Of a DNA stretch of 64,000 nt, positions 1 through 8,949 are shown piece after piece. The translations under genes were made by a program, and so were the position numbers. Positions within the stretch are counted from its first letter, which is position 1, and every line of letters starts with the position of its first letter. Location of the stretch: the IMG/VR virus record IMGVR_UViG_2974512537_000001, positions 1 through 64,000 of that record. One strand, given 5' to 3'. The notes beneath the pieces were generated by a model. The model was not told the DNA's origin. It worked only from the letters and a program-made list of their open reading frames with translations, and ran no database searches. The DNA is from a virus. Taxonomy: Duplodnaviria > Caudoviricetes.

Positions 1-5
1 GCTTT

Positions 6-39
6 GGGGGTGCCCGTACCCCCGCCACGGACGGCACCC
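6..39. other. GC-rich nested inverted repeats, candidate genome-end/packaging signal
   Basis: GGGGGT(6-11)/ACCCCC(18-23) and GGGTGCC(8-14)/GGCACCC(33-39) in an otherwise AT-rich genome; the terminus role is inferred. Confidence 0.3.
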
Positions 40-239
40 ACTAACTCACAGCCTTGCCACCGCCATCACTAATCTAAAACCATCACCAAACCACACCAAA
101 AATCGCCAAAATTAAAGCAGTCTTATACAAGAAACAAGTAAACTTTTTTCAAACTTTTTCTAAATTATGAAAATTTTTTTATTTTATAAGCATTCCAATC
201 AATTAGTGCGAACCGTTTTGATATTGGTGTTTGATTGCC

Positions 240-860
240 ATCATACCAAGACAAACAACACAACTTGACAACTCAACTCATCAACAACAACATAACTCAT
301 CAATAACTCAACACACACAACACAACATACACAACACACACAACATGCAAGATACAACACAACAACACAACAACACTAATACAACACTAGCACAACACTA
401 ACACTCAACATACAAGACACAGTTCACAGTTCGCAACACCAACACACAGCTCACAGTTAACAGCTCACAGAACACAGAACTAAACACACATGGTACACAC
501 ATGATTCACAATAACACACACGACCAATAACTCATAACCAATCACGAACTACACCACAGAACACGCTTCACAGCATTCAATAGTTGCAATCAATCCAAAC
601 ACAAACTAATAACTCACGAACACAACACTAAACACACAACACAATAACGCACAAAACAACACATGATATTCAACCATCATATCAGAATACTTGACTATCA
701 CACTACATAACACCACCACAATACGCACACAGTACCACATAAGACCATCAGCATGACCAACACACAGAACACAGCACAACATGATAACACCTTACACATG
801 CACACAACACCATCACACAGTAATACGTATGACCTCACAACCCTGACGCACAGACGTACC
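240..860 (+). repeat. CA-rich low-complexity tract (CAACACAAC/ACACA-type units), G-poor on + strand
   Basis: Directly visible; no credible ORF. Confidence 0.85.
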
Positions 861-1261
861 ACCAGCGAATACAGACGCCTAACACTTCACCCCCAGTTGT
901 GAACCGTGCTTTATATTGCGCCTATATAACATGTAAGGCCATCATATATGCACAGCCTATCTAACAGCCGCCAAACAATCCACATGTAATTGGTGGGGGT
1001 TAATACAATCACAACGCCATCACGGCGCGCAAACAACCACAACACAACTACACGGGGCAAATACTAATCCAATATAAAGCCCCTAACAGTTCGCCTAACG
1101 CTTTTTAACGGGCTATAATGTAGTTGCCTTGCATATACCATCGTGGCTTCTTATAGCTTCTCATGGCTTCTAACGGCGTTATCAAAGGTGGCCACACACA
1201 AAAACAACGCACAAAAAACGGCAACTGATTAACAGTGCCGTTCCTCGTCTGATTCAATTGT

Positions 1262-1627
1262 TTAGCCTTTATCTGCGAATAATCGTTCGCCAATTGTGAA
1301 CACCTCGTATGCTTCCGTATACACCAATGCTTGCACGTCTGGGGTGTTTGGTTTGTTTGGATAAAACTCTTGTAATGAAATGTCAATAAATTCATCGTCC
1401 GCAATGTCCGACTTGATGGCGTTAATAATATCGTCATCGGTTAACTTGCTAACTCTTGTAAACTTCTTTGTAGCGCCGTTGTAAGTACCCGGCGTTATTT
1501 CACCAGCCCAGCCATCAGCGCAATACTCTTGCCATTCGTCCCGCGTAATATCATCATGGTAACAACTGAAATCCTCAAAATCATCATACCGAGTTACATT
1601 GTTTAATACTGCGTCAATTAGTTTCAT
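1262..1627 (-). CDS. acidic hypothetical early protein
   Basis: ORF; ATG at 1627 after GAAAGG RBS. Confidence 0.8.
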   Translation of the reverse strand: MKLIDAVLNNVTRYDDFEDFSCYHDDITRDEWQEYCADGWAGEITPGTYNGATKKFTRVSKLTDDDIINAIKSDIADDEFIDISLQEFYPNKPNTPDVQALVYTEAYEVFTIGERLFADKG

Positions 1628-1670
1628 ATTTATCGACCTTTCTTTTTTTGTTATGACTTTCAATTGATGG

Positions 1671-2120
1671 TTATTCGATTCCGCCGGCCATCTTGTGTTT
1701 TGTCCATCTCATACCCTTCCAAGTATGTTTATGTTTAAGGGCGTGCATGGTTTGCTTGTTACTCATTCGGTAAACCGTTACCGTAAACTTACGAGGGAAC
1801 TTGCGGCGGTAAATGCTATTAACTTCATCTTTATTAGTTGTATATACTGGAACCGTTCCGCCGGGTTGAATAAAGTAGTTTTGCTTGATTGCCTTTTTTC
1901 CTTTTTCTTTTACAACCACATAAACCATTCTTGCACGGTGGCGGCTTGTGTTAGTGATTGCCACATTATCAAAAATATCATGACCGCCGTTTATTTGGTT
2001 GGTTGTTCTGGTTAACTTTATCCCTGTAATACTAAATGCTTTTGCATTGATTGTATTCAATGTAAACACCCCGATAACGCTAACTACCATCACTACCAAT
2101 AATCTAACTAACTTTTTCAT
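1671..2120 (-). CDS. basic secreted/membrane-anchored protein, paralog family A
   Basis: Signal peptide MKKLVRLLVVMVVSVIGVFTLNTINAKA; shares TGxxLTR, ITN, TVxxYTT, PxKFTVTxYRMS and WTKH motifs with 2198-2626. Confidence 0.85.
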   Translation of the reverse strand: MKKLVRLLVVMVVSVIGVFTLNTINAKAFSITGIKLTRTTNQINGGHDIFDNVAITNTSRHRARMVYVVVKEKGKKAIKQNYFIQPGGTVPVYTTNKDEVNSIYRRKFPRKFTVTVYRMSNKQTMHALKHKHTWKGMRWTKHKMAGGIE

Positions 2121-2197
2121 ATTTACAAATCCTTTCTTTTTTCTATGGTTATAATATAACATGCTTGTTAATAAATTGCAACCATTAATATTAATTT

Positions 2198-2626
2198 TTA
2201 TTTATTTTGGTTAGTAATTTGGTGCTTTGTCCATTTAATACCGGCGTCAACATATCCATGCTTTGTTTCTTGCTTGCTTTGTTTGGCGCTCATTCGGTAG
2301 GCCGTTACGGTAAACTTATTCGGAACTTTGTTCGTTAGTAGAATACCGCCGTTATTCCGTTTCGTTGTATATAGTTCAACCGTTTCACCCGCTGAAACAT
2401 GTGTGTTAAACTTGATTGCCTTTTGACCAGCCGGCTTTACAACAACGTGGTATTCCTGTGTTTTGTGCGTTGGATTCGTAATACCGATATTCGTTGCGTT
2501 GCCTTGATGGATTCTCGTTAATTGCACTCCTGTAACCCTGTGAGGCTTCTCACCCGTTGCACCTAATGCAACCAACCCGATAAACGCAATCACAACGACC
2601 ATCAATACTTTTTTAACTAACTTCAT
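2198..2626 (-). CDS. basic secreted/membrane-anchored protein, paralog family A
   Basis: N-terminal hydrophobic segment; clear paralog of 1671-2120. Confidence 0.85.
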   Translation of the reverse strand: MKLVKKVLMVVVIAFIGLVALGATGEKPHRVTGVQLTRIHQGNATNIGITNPTHKTQEYHVVVKPAGQKAIKFNTHVSAGETVELYTTKRNNGGILLTNKVPNKFTVTAYRMSAKQSKQETKHGYVDAGIKWTKHQITNQNK

Positions 2627-2813
2627 TTTGAAAACCCCTTTTCTTTTTGTTTGGTTATCTTTATTACATTATTATAGTAACATGGACTGGAAAACGTGTC
2701 AACAACTTTTTAAACTTTTTTCAATTGTTTTTAACTCGTTCGCCGTTCCTTTATTACACTATTATACTAACATGACCCCTTACCGATTGCAACCCCTAAA
2801 TTGAAAAATAAAT

Positions 2814-2841
2814 AAAAAACCAACCCACTAAGGGCTGGCTT
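2814..2841 (-). terminator. intrinsic terminator
   Basis: Minus strand GCCAGCCC-TTAGT-GGGTTGGT followed by a U run. Confidence 0.7.
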
Positions 2842-2853
2842 CTTAAACTATTT

Positions 2854-3372
2854 TTAGTGTGACCATAAAGTTTTCTCGGTGCTTCTGATTCCGAGCGGGA
2901 TATAATGATTCCGAGGGTCTGCGTTGCGCTTTTCATCAGCTTTAGAAACACGGCGAACCGTTACACAAAACAGACGGGGCTTCTTAATTGTCCATGTTTG
3001 GTGTGGATTCAAGGCCATGTAATAGCTAGTTGTGTGTTGGTACTCTTGAACCGCCACCCGGTAAAGGTTTTCGGTTCTACCCGTGTTCGTAAGGTTAATG
3101 ACGTGCCCCCGGCCTTGCGTTAAAATGTAAGCGTAATTCGGACGAGCGGCCTGTGGCTTGTTATAAGGCCGTTTAACTTGCTTCTTGGCTTTTACACGTT
3201 TAACTTGTTTCTTGACGGCTACGCGCTTTTTAGCGGTACGTTTCTTTGCGGTGCGCCTTACCCGTTTCGTGGTGCGAACATGTTTTGTCTGACTAGCTTT
3301 GACGGTGTTAACGGTGGCAACGGTCAAAGTCATTCCAGCAACTACGGCAACTAATACTTTAAATAACTTCAT
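2854..3372 (-). CDS. secreted Lys/Arg-rich protein, distant member of paralog family A
   Basis: Signal peptide ending VKA; K/R-rich linker; INLTNT...PRLFCVTVRRVSK aligns with ITN...PRKFTVTVYRMSNK. Confidence 0.8.
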   Translation of the reverse strand: MKLFKVLVAVVAGMTLTVATVNTVKASQTKHVRTTKRVRRTAKKRTAKKRVAVKKQVKRVKAKKQVKRPYNKPQAARPNYAYILTQGRGHVINLTNTGRTENLYRVAVQEYQHTTSYYMALNPHQTWTIKKPRLFCVTVRRVSKADEKRNADPRNHYIPLGIRSTEKTLWSH

Positions 3373-3400
3373 TTTAACTATCCCCTTTTTACAGTCCTTT

Positions 3401-3697
3401 TTACTCAACGCCTAAAGTATCGTTTAAAGTGTCCATATCAAGCTCGGCAACACCATCTTCATCATAAACAACGTAATCATCATCGGTGAACCCGATTAAA
3501 TCACCCAGCGCGATAACCGTTTGCTCGTAATCCACGCTAGTGGGGTCATCTTGCAAGTCCGCCAATTTAGAGATTAACCAGCGCCGTAGGTCATCAACAT
3601 TGACGATACCCCAAGCATGTAAGTTATCCAATTGCTCGTCAGTCAATTCATTGTTTGCCATCATTTCTACTAATTTTTCACTTGCTAACGTCTTCAT
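3401..3697 (-). CDS. acidic hypothetical early protein
   Basis: ORF behind promoter cassette; ATG at 3697. Confidence 0.8.
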   Translation of the reverse strand: MKTLASEKLVEMMANNELTDEQLDNLHAWGIVNVDDLRRWLISKLADLQDDPTSVDYEQTVIALGDLIGFTDDDYVVYDEDGVAELDMDTLNDTLGVE

Positions 3698-3719
3698 ATT
3701 TACCATTTCCTTTCCTTTT

Positions 3720-3794
3720 CTATGGTTTAATAATATCATATGTTTTTTTGGTTGTCAACAATTTTTTAAAATTTATTTTTTTAGTTTCTTTCAT
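3720..3794 (-). CDS. 24-aa micro-ORF MKETKKINFKKLLTTKKTYDIIKP spanning the next promoter
   Basis: Own promoter (3844) and AAGGAG RBS; read manually. Confidence 0.35.
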   Translation of the reverse strand: MKETKKINFKKLLTTKKTYDIIKP

Positions 3795-3857
3795 ATCTCA
3801 TCTCCTTTCTTGATGGTTATAATATATCATGTCTTTGTTATTCCGTCAAGCCTTTTT

Positions 3858-4112
3858 TTAAAATAATTCGTAATTATTTTGTTTAAGGTAGGCCATCAGT
3901 GTTTTATAGTCCTTATTAACCCCGTCTAAAACAACGTTGTTATTCGTGAGGGTGCTACATGGTTCAAAACTGCTTACTCTTCCTAGTGAATACAGCTTAC
4001 TAATCGGGCTAACCACAACCGACTTACTGAATCCATCTTTATCGGGTTGTGCAATGAAGCGAATTATTTTTCTATCAAGCAATATTTCTAATGTGTTTTT
4101 GTTGAGTTTCAT
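3858..4112 (-). CDS. hypothetical early protein
   Basis: ORF with promoter cassette and RBS. Confidence 0.8.
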   Translation of the reverse strand: MKLNKNTLEILLDRKIIRFIAQPDKDGFSKSVVVSPISKLYSLGRVSSFEPCSTLTNNNVVLDGVNKDYKTLMAYLKQNNYELF

Positions 4113-4186
4113 ATTTATTTCCCCTTTGTTTTTCTATGGTTATAATATAACATGTATGTTTATGTCCGTCAATACTTTTTTGAAAT

Positions 4187-4387
4187 TTATTTCAATTCAA
4201 AATCATAACGTTTGCCGTCAATGAAATAATGTGTCTTATTGGTGTTCGTCCAATCGTCTAACACTTTTTCAAGTTTCCGGCCAATATACTCGGTACTTGC
4301 ATGATACCACGGGCAAACGCCTTTTTCTTCTAGTAGGTCAAAAATGTTTTCGTAGTTGGTACGTTTTCCATTGATATAAATACTCAT
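4187..4387 (-). CDS. hypothetical early protein
   Basis: ORF with promoter cassette; ATG at 4387. Confidence 0.8.
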   Translation of the reverse strand: MSIYINGKRTNYENIFDLLEEKGVCPWYHASTEYIGRKLEKVLDDWTNTNKTHYFIDGKRYDFELK

Positions 4388-4471
4388 ATTTACCAATCCT
4401 TTTCCTTTTCTTGATGGTTTAATAATAAACCCTGTTCAATCGTATGTCAAGCACTTTTTTGAATTTTTTAA

Positions 4472-4834
4472 TTAATACGCCGTCAATTCGGTAACATATA
4501 GCCCGTAGGCTTTTGCGGCTTTAATAACTTTGTTGTAAGCCTTGAAAATGGTCTTTTGGTCTGCGCCGTCATAATAGCCGAGTTCCAAACTGCTTTCACC
4601 ATCAAGACACGGCAAGCGGCGGTCATTCGCTAGAACCGCAACGTTAAGTGTGATATACGTTTCGCCGCCTTTTGTTCCGAGTTCTGGAGTAATTACTAGC
4701 GTATAGTGGCGGTCAGTACGTGCTCGTTCGCCGTACACGTAACCATCTACAACAACCACGAGGTCAATATCTCTAACTTCATCAACCAACTTGTCAAAAT
4801 TTTTAGTGCTTTCACTTTTTGTGAATTTACTCAT
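4472..4834 (-). CDS. hypothetical early protein
   Basis: ORF with promoter cassette; ATG at 4834. Confidence 0.8.
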   Translation of the reverse strand: MSKFTKSESTKNFDKLVDEVRDIDLVVVVDGYVYGERARTDRHYTLVITPELGTKGGETYITLNVAVLANDRRLPCLDGESSLELGYYDGADQKTIFKAYNKVIKAAKAYGLYVTELTAY

Positions 4835-5170
4835 ATTTACCAATCCCTTTGTTTTTCTATGCTTTAATAATAACTCATGGTCAATCGCATGTCAACAACT
4901 TTTTAAAATTTATTTTTTGTTTCTTGCGATTGCCATGTCCTTTGCTTTTCTTGATGGTTTAATAATAACAAGGGGCAATCGGGTTGTCAACATAAAAATC
5001 AAAAATAATCGAATTTTTTTCGCATGTCCTTAAAAGCTATTTTAAGCTCATTTTAGGCGTTTCAAGCTAATCCAATATAAATAGCCACGGGTACGGCTAA
5101 AATTGAATCACTAGCACGCACGGGGCGTTAAAATCAAAATTAGGGCTTTTAATGCTATCAATTAAGGCAA

Positions 5171-5198
5171 TAAAAAAGCCGGCCATTAGGCCGGTTTT
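5171..5198. terminator. bidirectional intrinsic terminator
   Basis: AAAAAA-GCCGGCC-ATTA-GGCCGGT-TTT. Confidence 0.75.
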
Positions 5199-5202
5199 CT
5201 TG

Positions 5203-5451
5203 TTAGAATTGCGTAACGCCATCAAGTCCGCCATCTACGCAATCATATATCCCACTTTCAACCGCTTCATATAAATCTGAATAGTTCTCAAAGTCTTCTG
5301 GGTCAATGTTTAACTCGTCCAACACCGTTTCGGCGTCTGTTATCATCAACTGATATTCCGCTGTAACGTCACCGGCCAAGTCCGAGTAAAATGTTTCTTC
5401 CATGTCAAAAATATCGTTTTGTAATTGTTCTAATGCTTCTTCAAGTGTCAT
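5203..5451 (-). CDS. extremely acidic 82-aa protein, candidate DNA mimic
   Basis: 24 D/E and no K/R by manual count; own promoter. Confidence 0.8.
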   Translation of the reverse strand: MTLEEALEQLQNDIFDMEETFYSDLAGDVTAEYQLMITDAETVLDELNIDPEDFENYSDLYEAVESGIYDCVDGGLDGVTQF

Positions 5452-5527
5452 ATCTATCACCCTTCTTTTAATTATGTTTCAAGTATATATTCTACCTTTT
5501 AGATTGTCAAGACTTTTTTCAAATTTT

Positions 5528-5866
5528 TTAAAATGATTGAACAACTTTGCCATCTTCCAAAACTTGAAAGACTTCTTTTGATGGATAATAGTGCATTTCT
5601 GGGGCTTTGCCAGTTAGTTCGATTAAAAATGTTTGGATTGAGTCAAGGTCTGAACGACTTTGGCCCCAAACAACTTTGCCAATACCGTTTTTAACAGTTG
5701 CGGTCAATGTGTCGTAGTGGTATAAAGACCACTCGTTACCATTGTTAACCACTCGGTATTTTTCAGTTTTTTCACTGTTACCATACCAATCTGTATAGTA
5801 GGCGTTAATCTTTGCCATGCCTTTGCGTCCTGCTCGTTCAATTAAAGTTAAAACTGTTTTATTCAT
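5528..5866 (-). CDS. hypothetical early protein
   Basis: ORF with own promoter. Confidence 0.8.
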   Translation of the reverse strand: MNKTVLTLIERAGRKGMAKINAYYTDWYGNSEKTEKYRVVNNGNEWSLYHYDTLTATVKNGIGKVVWGQSRSDLDSIQTFLIELTGKAPEMHYYPSKEVFQVLEDGKVVQSF

Positions 5867-5936
5867 AATGTAAAACCCCTTTGCTTATTTAATGATTCAA
5901 GTATATACCACACAATCTAACTTGCCAAGCACTTAA

Positions 5937-6278
5937 TTAAAATAATTTTTCAATGTCGTCAACTGATTCTAAAATGTAAAGCGTTCCATTAATCTCAACG
6001 CTTACGGCTAGTTGTTCGGCTCGGGTAAAGATTGCATATACTAATTCGCTAAGAACTTTTACAGTATCGCTATCAAACTCATCACAATTGAATTGTACCA
6101 CGTTAACATTATCGGCATAAAGCTTACCGTTTTCAACCCAACTACCCCGAGCCGGGTAAGTAGTGGCGCCGCCAATAACATTAACCGCTCCCGAAACTTC
6201 AGAACTCAAATCGACTTTCACCCCGTCATTGTTAGTTACTGGTACAAAAACCTTAATGCTATTACTTAATTTAATCAT
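5937..6278 (-). CDS. hypothetical protein, possible PII-like/DUF3574-like fold
   Basis: GGATTYPARGSW..NGKL..D.V pattern, recognised from memory. Confidence 0.55.
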   Translation of the reverse strand: MIKLSNSIKVFVPVTNNDGVKVDLSSEVSGAVNVIGGATTYPARGSWVENGKLYADNVNVVQFNCDEFDSDTVKVLSELVYAIFTRAEQLAVSVEINGTLYILESVDDIEKLF

Positions 6279-6365
6279 AATGTATCACTCCTGTTTGTTT
6301 TTTTGTTATCTTTATTATGTCTTTATATTATCAAGTTTGTTTTAAGTTGTCAAGACTTTTTTAAA

Positions 6366-6617
6366 TTAAATTGCGAATGGCGTAACTTTTACCGCTTGCG
6401 ATAAATACATACGGCCTAGAATGCTGTTGAAATAAGGTTCGCCGGTACTGTGATTGTAGTGAATTTTACCGTACCGATTTCTGGGGGCTTCATCTTCATC
6501 TAACGTGCTGACGCAATATTTTACCCGTTCATCAATTCCAATTTGGTCAATATCTATAATAAGTAAAGCTGTGGTGTTAGTGATTCCAATGGTTGCGATT
6601 GCTTTGCGTTCGTTCAT
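6366..6617 (-). CDS. hypothetical early protein
   Basis: ATG at 6617 after AAGGAG. Confidence 0.8.
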   Translation of the reverse strand: MNERKAIATIGITNTTALLIIDIDQIGIDERVKYCVSTLDEDEAPRNRYGKIHYNHSTGEPYFNSILGRMYLSQAVKVTPFAI

Positions 6618-6693
6618 TTTGAACAACTCCTTTTCTTTTGATGGTTTAATAATAACGCCATTGTTCTGGGTTGTCAAGCCTTTTTTAAAAATT

Positions 6694-7218
6694 TTAGTCC
6701 ATCAACATGTAATAAATTCGGTTATTTTCACGGTTATAAAAACCGTCATCACCGTAAAGCGTGTTTAGCGCTTCAAATTCCTTCATGGCTTCAATCAAGT
6801 AATCATCTTCCATTGCGCCATCATATTGTGCTTGTGCGAACTCTACAAGGGCGTTCGCAACCTTTTCGGCGGCCTCGTCTAACTTGTCGTCATCTTCTGG
6901 GTCAAGTTCCGAGTTTTCGTAGTCGTCCATAGCCTTTTGCGCTTTTTCGGCCATTTCATCATCTAATAGGGCGTATTCCTTTTGTACTTCTGAAACACTT
7001 TGTAAGAAGCGATATGAATTGCGAACGCACATGTAATTGTATTGGCTAGAATCTGACAAACTATAATCGCCTAACCCGTCCAAAATATCTAACCAATCAT
7101 TAATCATTAGGCTAGTTTCTTCAGTAGTGAACCGAATCAGTTTATCAACTACGTTGTTATTATTCAAAAGTGCTTTGTAATCTACGTCCGTCATTTCGTT
7201 AAAGTTTACCTTAATCAT
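6694..7218 (-). CDS. acidic helical hypothetical early protein
   Basis: ORF with promoter cassette; ATG at 7218. Confidence 0.8.
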   Translation of the reverse strand: MIKVNFNEMTDVDYKALLNNNNVVDKLIRFTTEETSLMINDWLDILDGLGDYSLSDSSQYNYMCVRNSYRFLQSVSEVQKEYALLDDEMAEKAQKAMDDYENSELDPEDDDKLDEAAEKVANALVEFAQAQYDGAMEDDYLIEAMKEFEALNTLYGDDGFYNRENNRIYYMLMD

Positions 7219-7256
7219 ATTTACCAAACCTTTCTTTTTCTTTTGCTTTTCTATGT

Positions 7257-7322
7257 TTATAATATATCATGCGTTAAAATCTTTGTCAACAATTTTTTGA
7301 ATTTATTTTGATTTTCTTTCAT
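7257..7322 (-). CDS. 21-aa micro-ORF MKENQNKFKKLLTKILTHDIL spanning the next promoter
   Basis: Own promoter (7379); leader GATGAGATATG identical to that of 3720-3794. Confidence 0.3.
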   Translation of the reverse strand: MKENQNKFKKLLTKILTHDIL

Positions 7323-7413
7323 ATCTCATCTTCTTCCGTTTCTTTTGATGGTTTAATAATAAACCTTGCGTCATGTTTTGTCAACAACTTTTTAAATTTA
7401 TTTCTTTATTTTT

Positions 7414-7662
7414 TTATAGCAAATCATCGCAATCACAATAGCGGCCGGTTTTTTCTAACGTGTAAGGTTCGTCCATATCGTCCAGCGTGCTAATAATTTC
7501 CTCAGTATCTTCACTATTGTAAAATTCCAAAAACTCGTCTACGCTGGCATATTCGGTGCTATTTTTGATATAGTCAACTAACCAGTCACGGTCAAGTTGC
7601 AAGGTGTATTCCTCGGTAATATAATATTTCAAGTCATCACGGTATAATAATAATTCAATCAT
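7414..7662 (-). CDS. acidic hypothetical early protein
   Basis: About 24 D/E versus 6 K/R in 82 aa; own promoter. Confidence 0.8.
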   Translation of the reverse strand: MIELLLYRDDLKYYITEEYTLQLDRDWLVDYIKNSTEYASVDEFLEFYNSEDTEEIISTLDDMDEPYTLEKTGRYCDCDDLL

Positions 7663-7750
7663 ATTTACAAATCCTTTCTTTTTGCTTTCATTTTGATGGT
7701 CTTAATATAACATGTATTTTTGAGTTCGTCAACAACTTTTTTAAATTTTT

Positions 7751-7885
7751 TCACTTGAAAAATGACCTAAAAAACTTGTTATCCTTGATGGCCGGGAACG
7801 TTATAAAAAGCCCGTAAACCATACCAGCGACTGAGAATATCAACATGGCGATTAGGAACGCCTTTTCTGGTGTAATTACTAGCAT
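7751..7885 (-). CDS. 44-aa single-pass membrane peptide
   Basis: Manual translation MLVITPEKAFLIAMLIFSVAGMVYGLFITFPAIKDNKFFRSFFK; RBS AGGGGG. Confidence 0.6.
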   Translation of the reverse strand: MLVITPEKAFLIAMLIFSVAGMVYGLFITFPAIKDNKFFRSFFK

Positions 7886-7899
7886 TTTGTCATACCCCC

Positions 7900-8061
7900 T
7901 TACATTTCAGTGAAATAACCGTGTTCTGTTCGATAAACCTTTTTGCCTTGCAACAACAACGCAACAACTTCCGCGGCGTCTACTTCTGTAAAAAACTCGT
8001 AAGGTAAATATCCCTTATCGAATGCAATGTCGTTCAGTTCATTAATCGTTAGTTTAATCAT
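7900..8061 (-). CDS. 53-aa hypothetical protein
   Basis: Manual translation MIKLTINELNDIAFDKGYLPYEFF...; RBS AAGGGG; below the ORF-track cutoff. Confidence 0.7.
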   Translation of the reverse strand: MIKLTINELNDIAFDKGYLPYEFFTEVDAAEVVALLLQGKKVYRTEHGYFTEM

Positions 8062-8075
8062 GATTGTAGCCCCCT

Positions 8076-8321
8076 TTACAGTTCCTTGAATCCTTTTTCT
8101 TTGAGAATCGCAACGAATTGCCGCAATTCTTTTTTGACGGTGTTCGCAAGCACCACGTTATCGGTGGCCGTGCCCTGCCAGTTGCTTTTGACTAAATAGA
8201 TTTTGTCACGGGCGTTTACTTCAAGAATTTCACCGTTCCCGTATGCGTCTAATTCGCCTACCAACTCAAAATGTTCAGTTCCTCGTACCAACATATCGAC
8301 TAATTTTTTATTTACTCTCAT
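8076..8321 (-). CDS. hypothetical early protein
   Basis: ATG at 8321; promoter at 8376. Confidence 0.8.
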   Translation of the reverse strand: MRVNKKLVDMLVRGTEHFELVGELDAYGNGEILEVNARDKIYLVKSNWQGTATDNVVLANTVKKELRQFVAILKEKGFKEL

Positions 8322-8392
8322 GATATTTACCCCTTTTCTTTTGATTGTCTTAATCATAGCGCCTTGTTTCTGAATTGTCAACAGTTTTTTAT

Positions 8393-8599
8393 TTATTTTT
8401 CAAGAAAAAATTTTACGTCAATTCCGACCGTTGCCACGTATGTGTTCCCCGGCGTATGTTTAACGCCGTAGTATTGAATCGCCTCACGTGTTTTTGCAAC
8501 GCCCTGTGCCTTGAAATATTCCATGCGGTTGCCGGTCAGGAATGTAACCTTGAACCAGCTACCACGCTGAAAAATGCTGATTAGTTCACGTTCTGCCAT
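8393..8599 (-). CDS. hypothetical early protein
   Basis: ATG at 8599 after AAAGGAG; promoter at 8654. Confidence 0.8.
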   Translation of the reverse strand: MAERELISIFQRGSWFKVTFLTGNRMEYFKAQGVAKTREAIQYYGVKHTPGNTYVATVGIDVKFFLEK

Positions 8600-8771
8600 G
8601 TCGCTCACTCCTTTGCTATTTGATGGTTCAAGTATAACGCCGTTGATTCCGGCCGTCAAGGTTTTTTTATTTTTTTTTATTTTGCCTTGCGTTGCTTACC
8701 TCCTCGACTTGATGGCTCAAGTGTAATTGCTTGGTGCTAAAAAGTCAAGCCCTAAATTCAAAAAAGTTTAA

Positions 8772-8930
8772 TCTTTACAAAAAATCTTTTTGCATAACAT
8801 AGTAGAAAACTATCGTTTTTTGCACCTAAAAAGTACCGCAATCCTTACAGCGACAACGCCTAACGACATTTTTAAAATGACTTTTATACGCTTTACGAAA
8901 AAACGTTTTGCATAATATAGTAGAAAAACG
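8772..8930 (+). repeat. imperfect ~38-bp direct repeat pair
   Basis: CTTTACAAAAAATCTTTTTGCATAACATAGTAGAAAAC versus CTTTACGAAAAAACGTTTTGCATAATATAGTAGAAAAAC. Confidence 0.75.
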
Positions 8931-8949
8931 TCACTTTTTGCGTGTGTTA

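Larger units (their letters stand above)
2150..8748 (-). promoter_or_regulatory. array of 19 sigma-A-type early promoters with shared leader/RBS cassette
   Basis: -35 hexamers (TTGACA/TTGACG/TTGCAA/TTGGCA/TTGACT) at + coordinates 2176, 2697, 2787, 3753, 3844, 4167, 4445, 4890, 4985, 5505, 5923, 6348, 6672, 7284, 7379, 7727, 8376, 8654, 8743, each 17 bp from a TAnnnT -10; most followed by an ACCAT(A/C)-like leader. Confidence 0.9.

Noticed and set aside
240-860. CA-rich repeats as a CRISPR array or coding region
   Set aside because: No constant-length repeat with unique spacers, no cas genes and no credible ORF
1105-1437. 110-aa ORF on the minus strand
   Set aside because: Overlaps the better-supported 1262-1627 gene in another frame; no RBS
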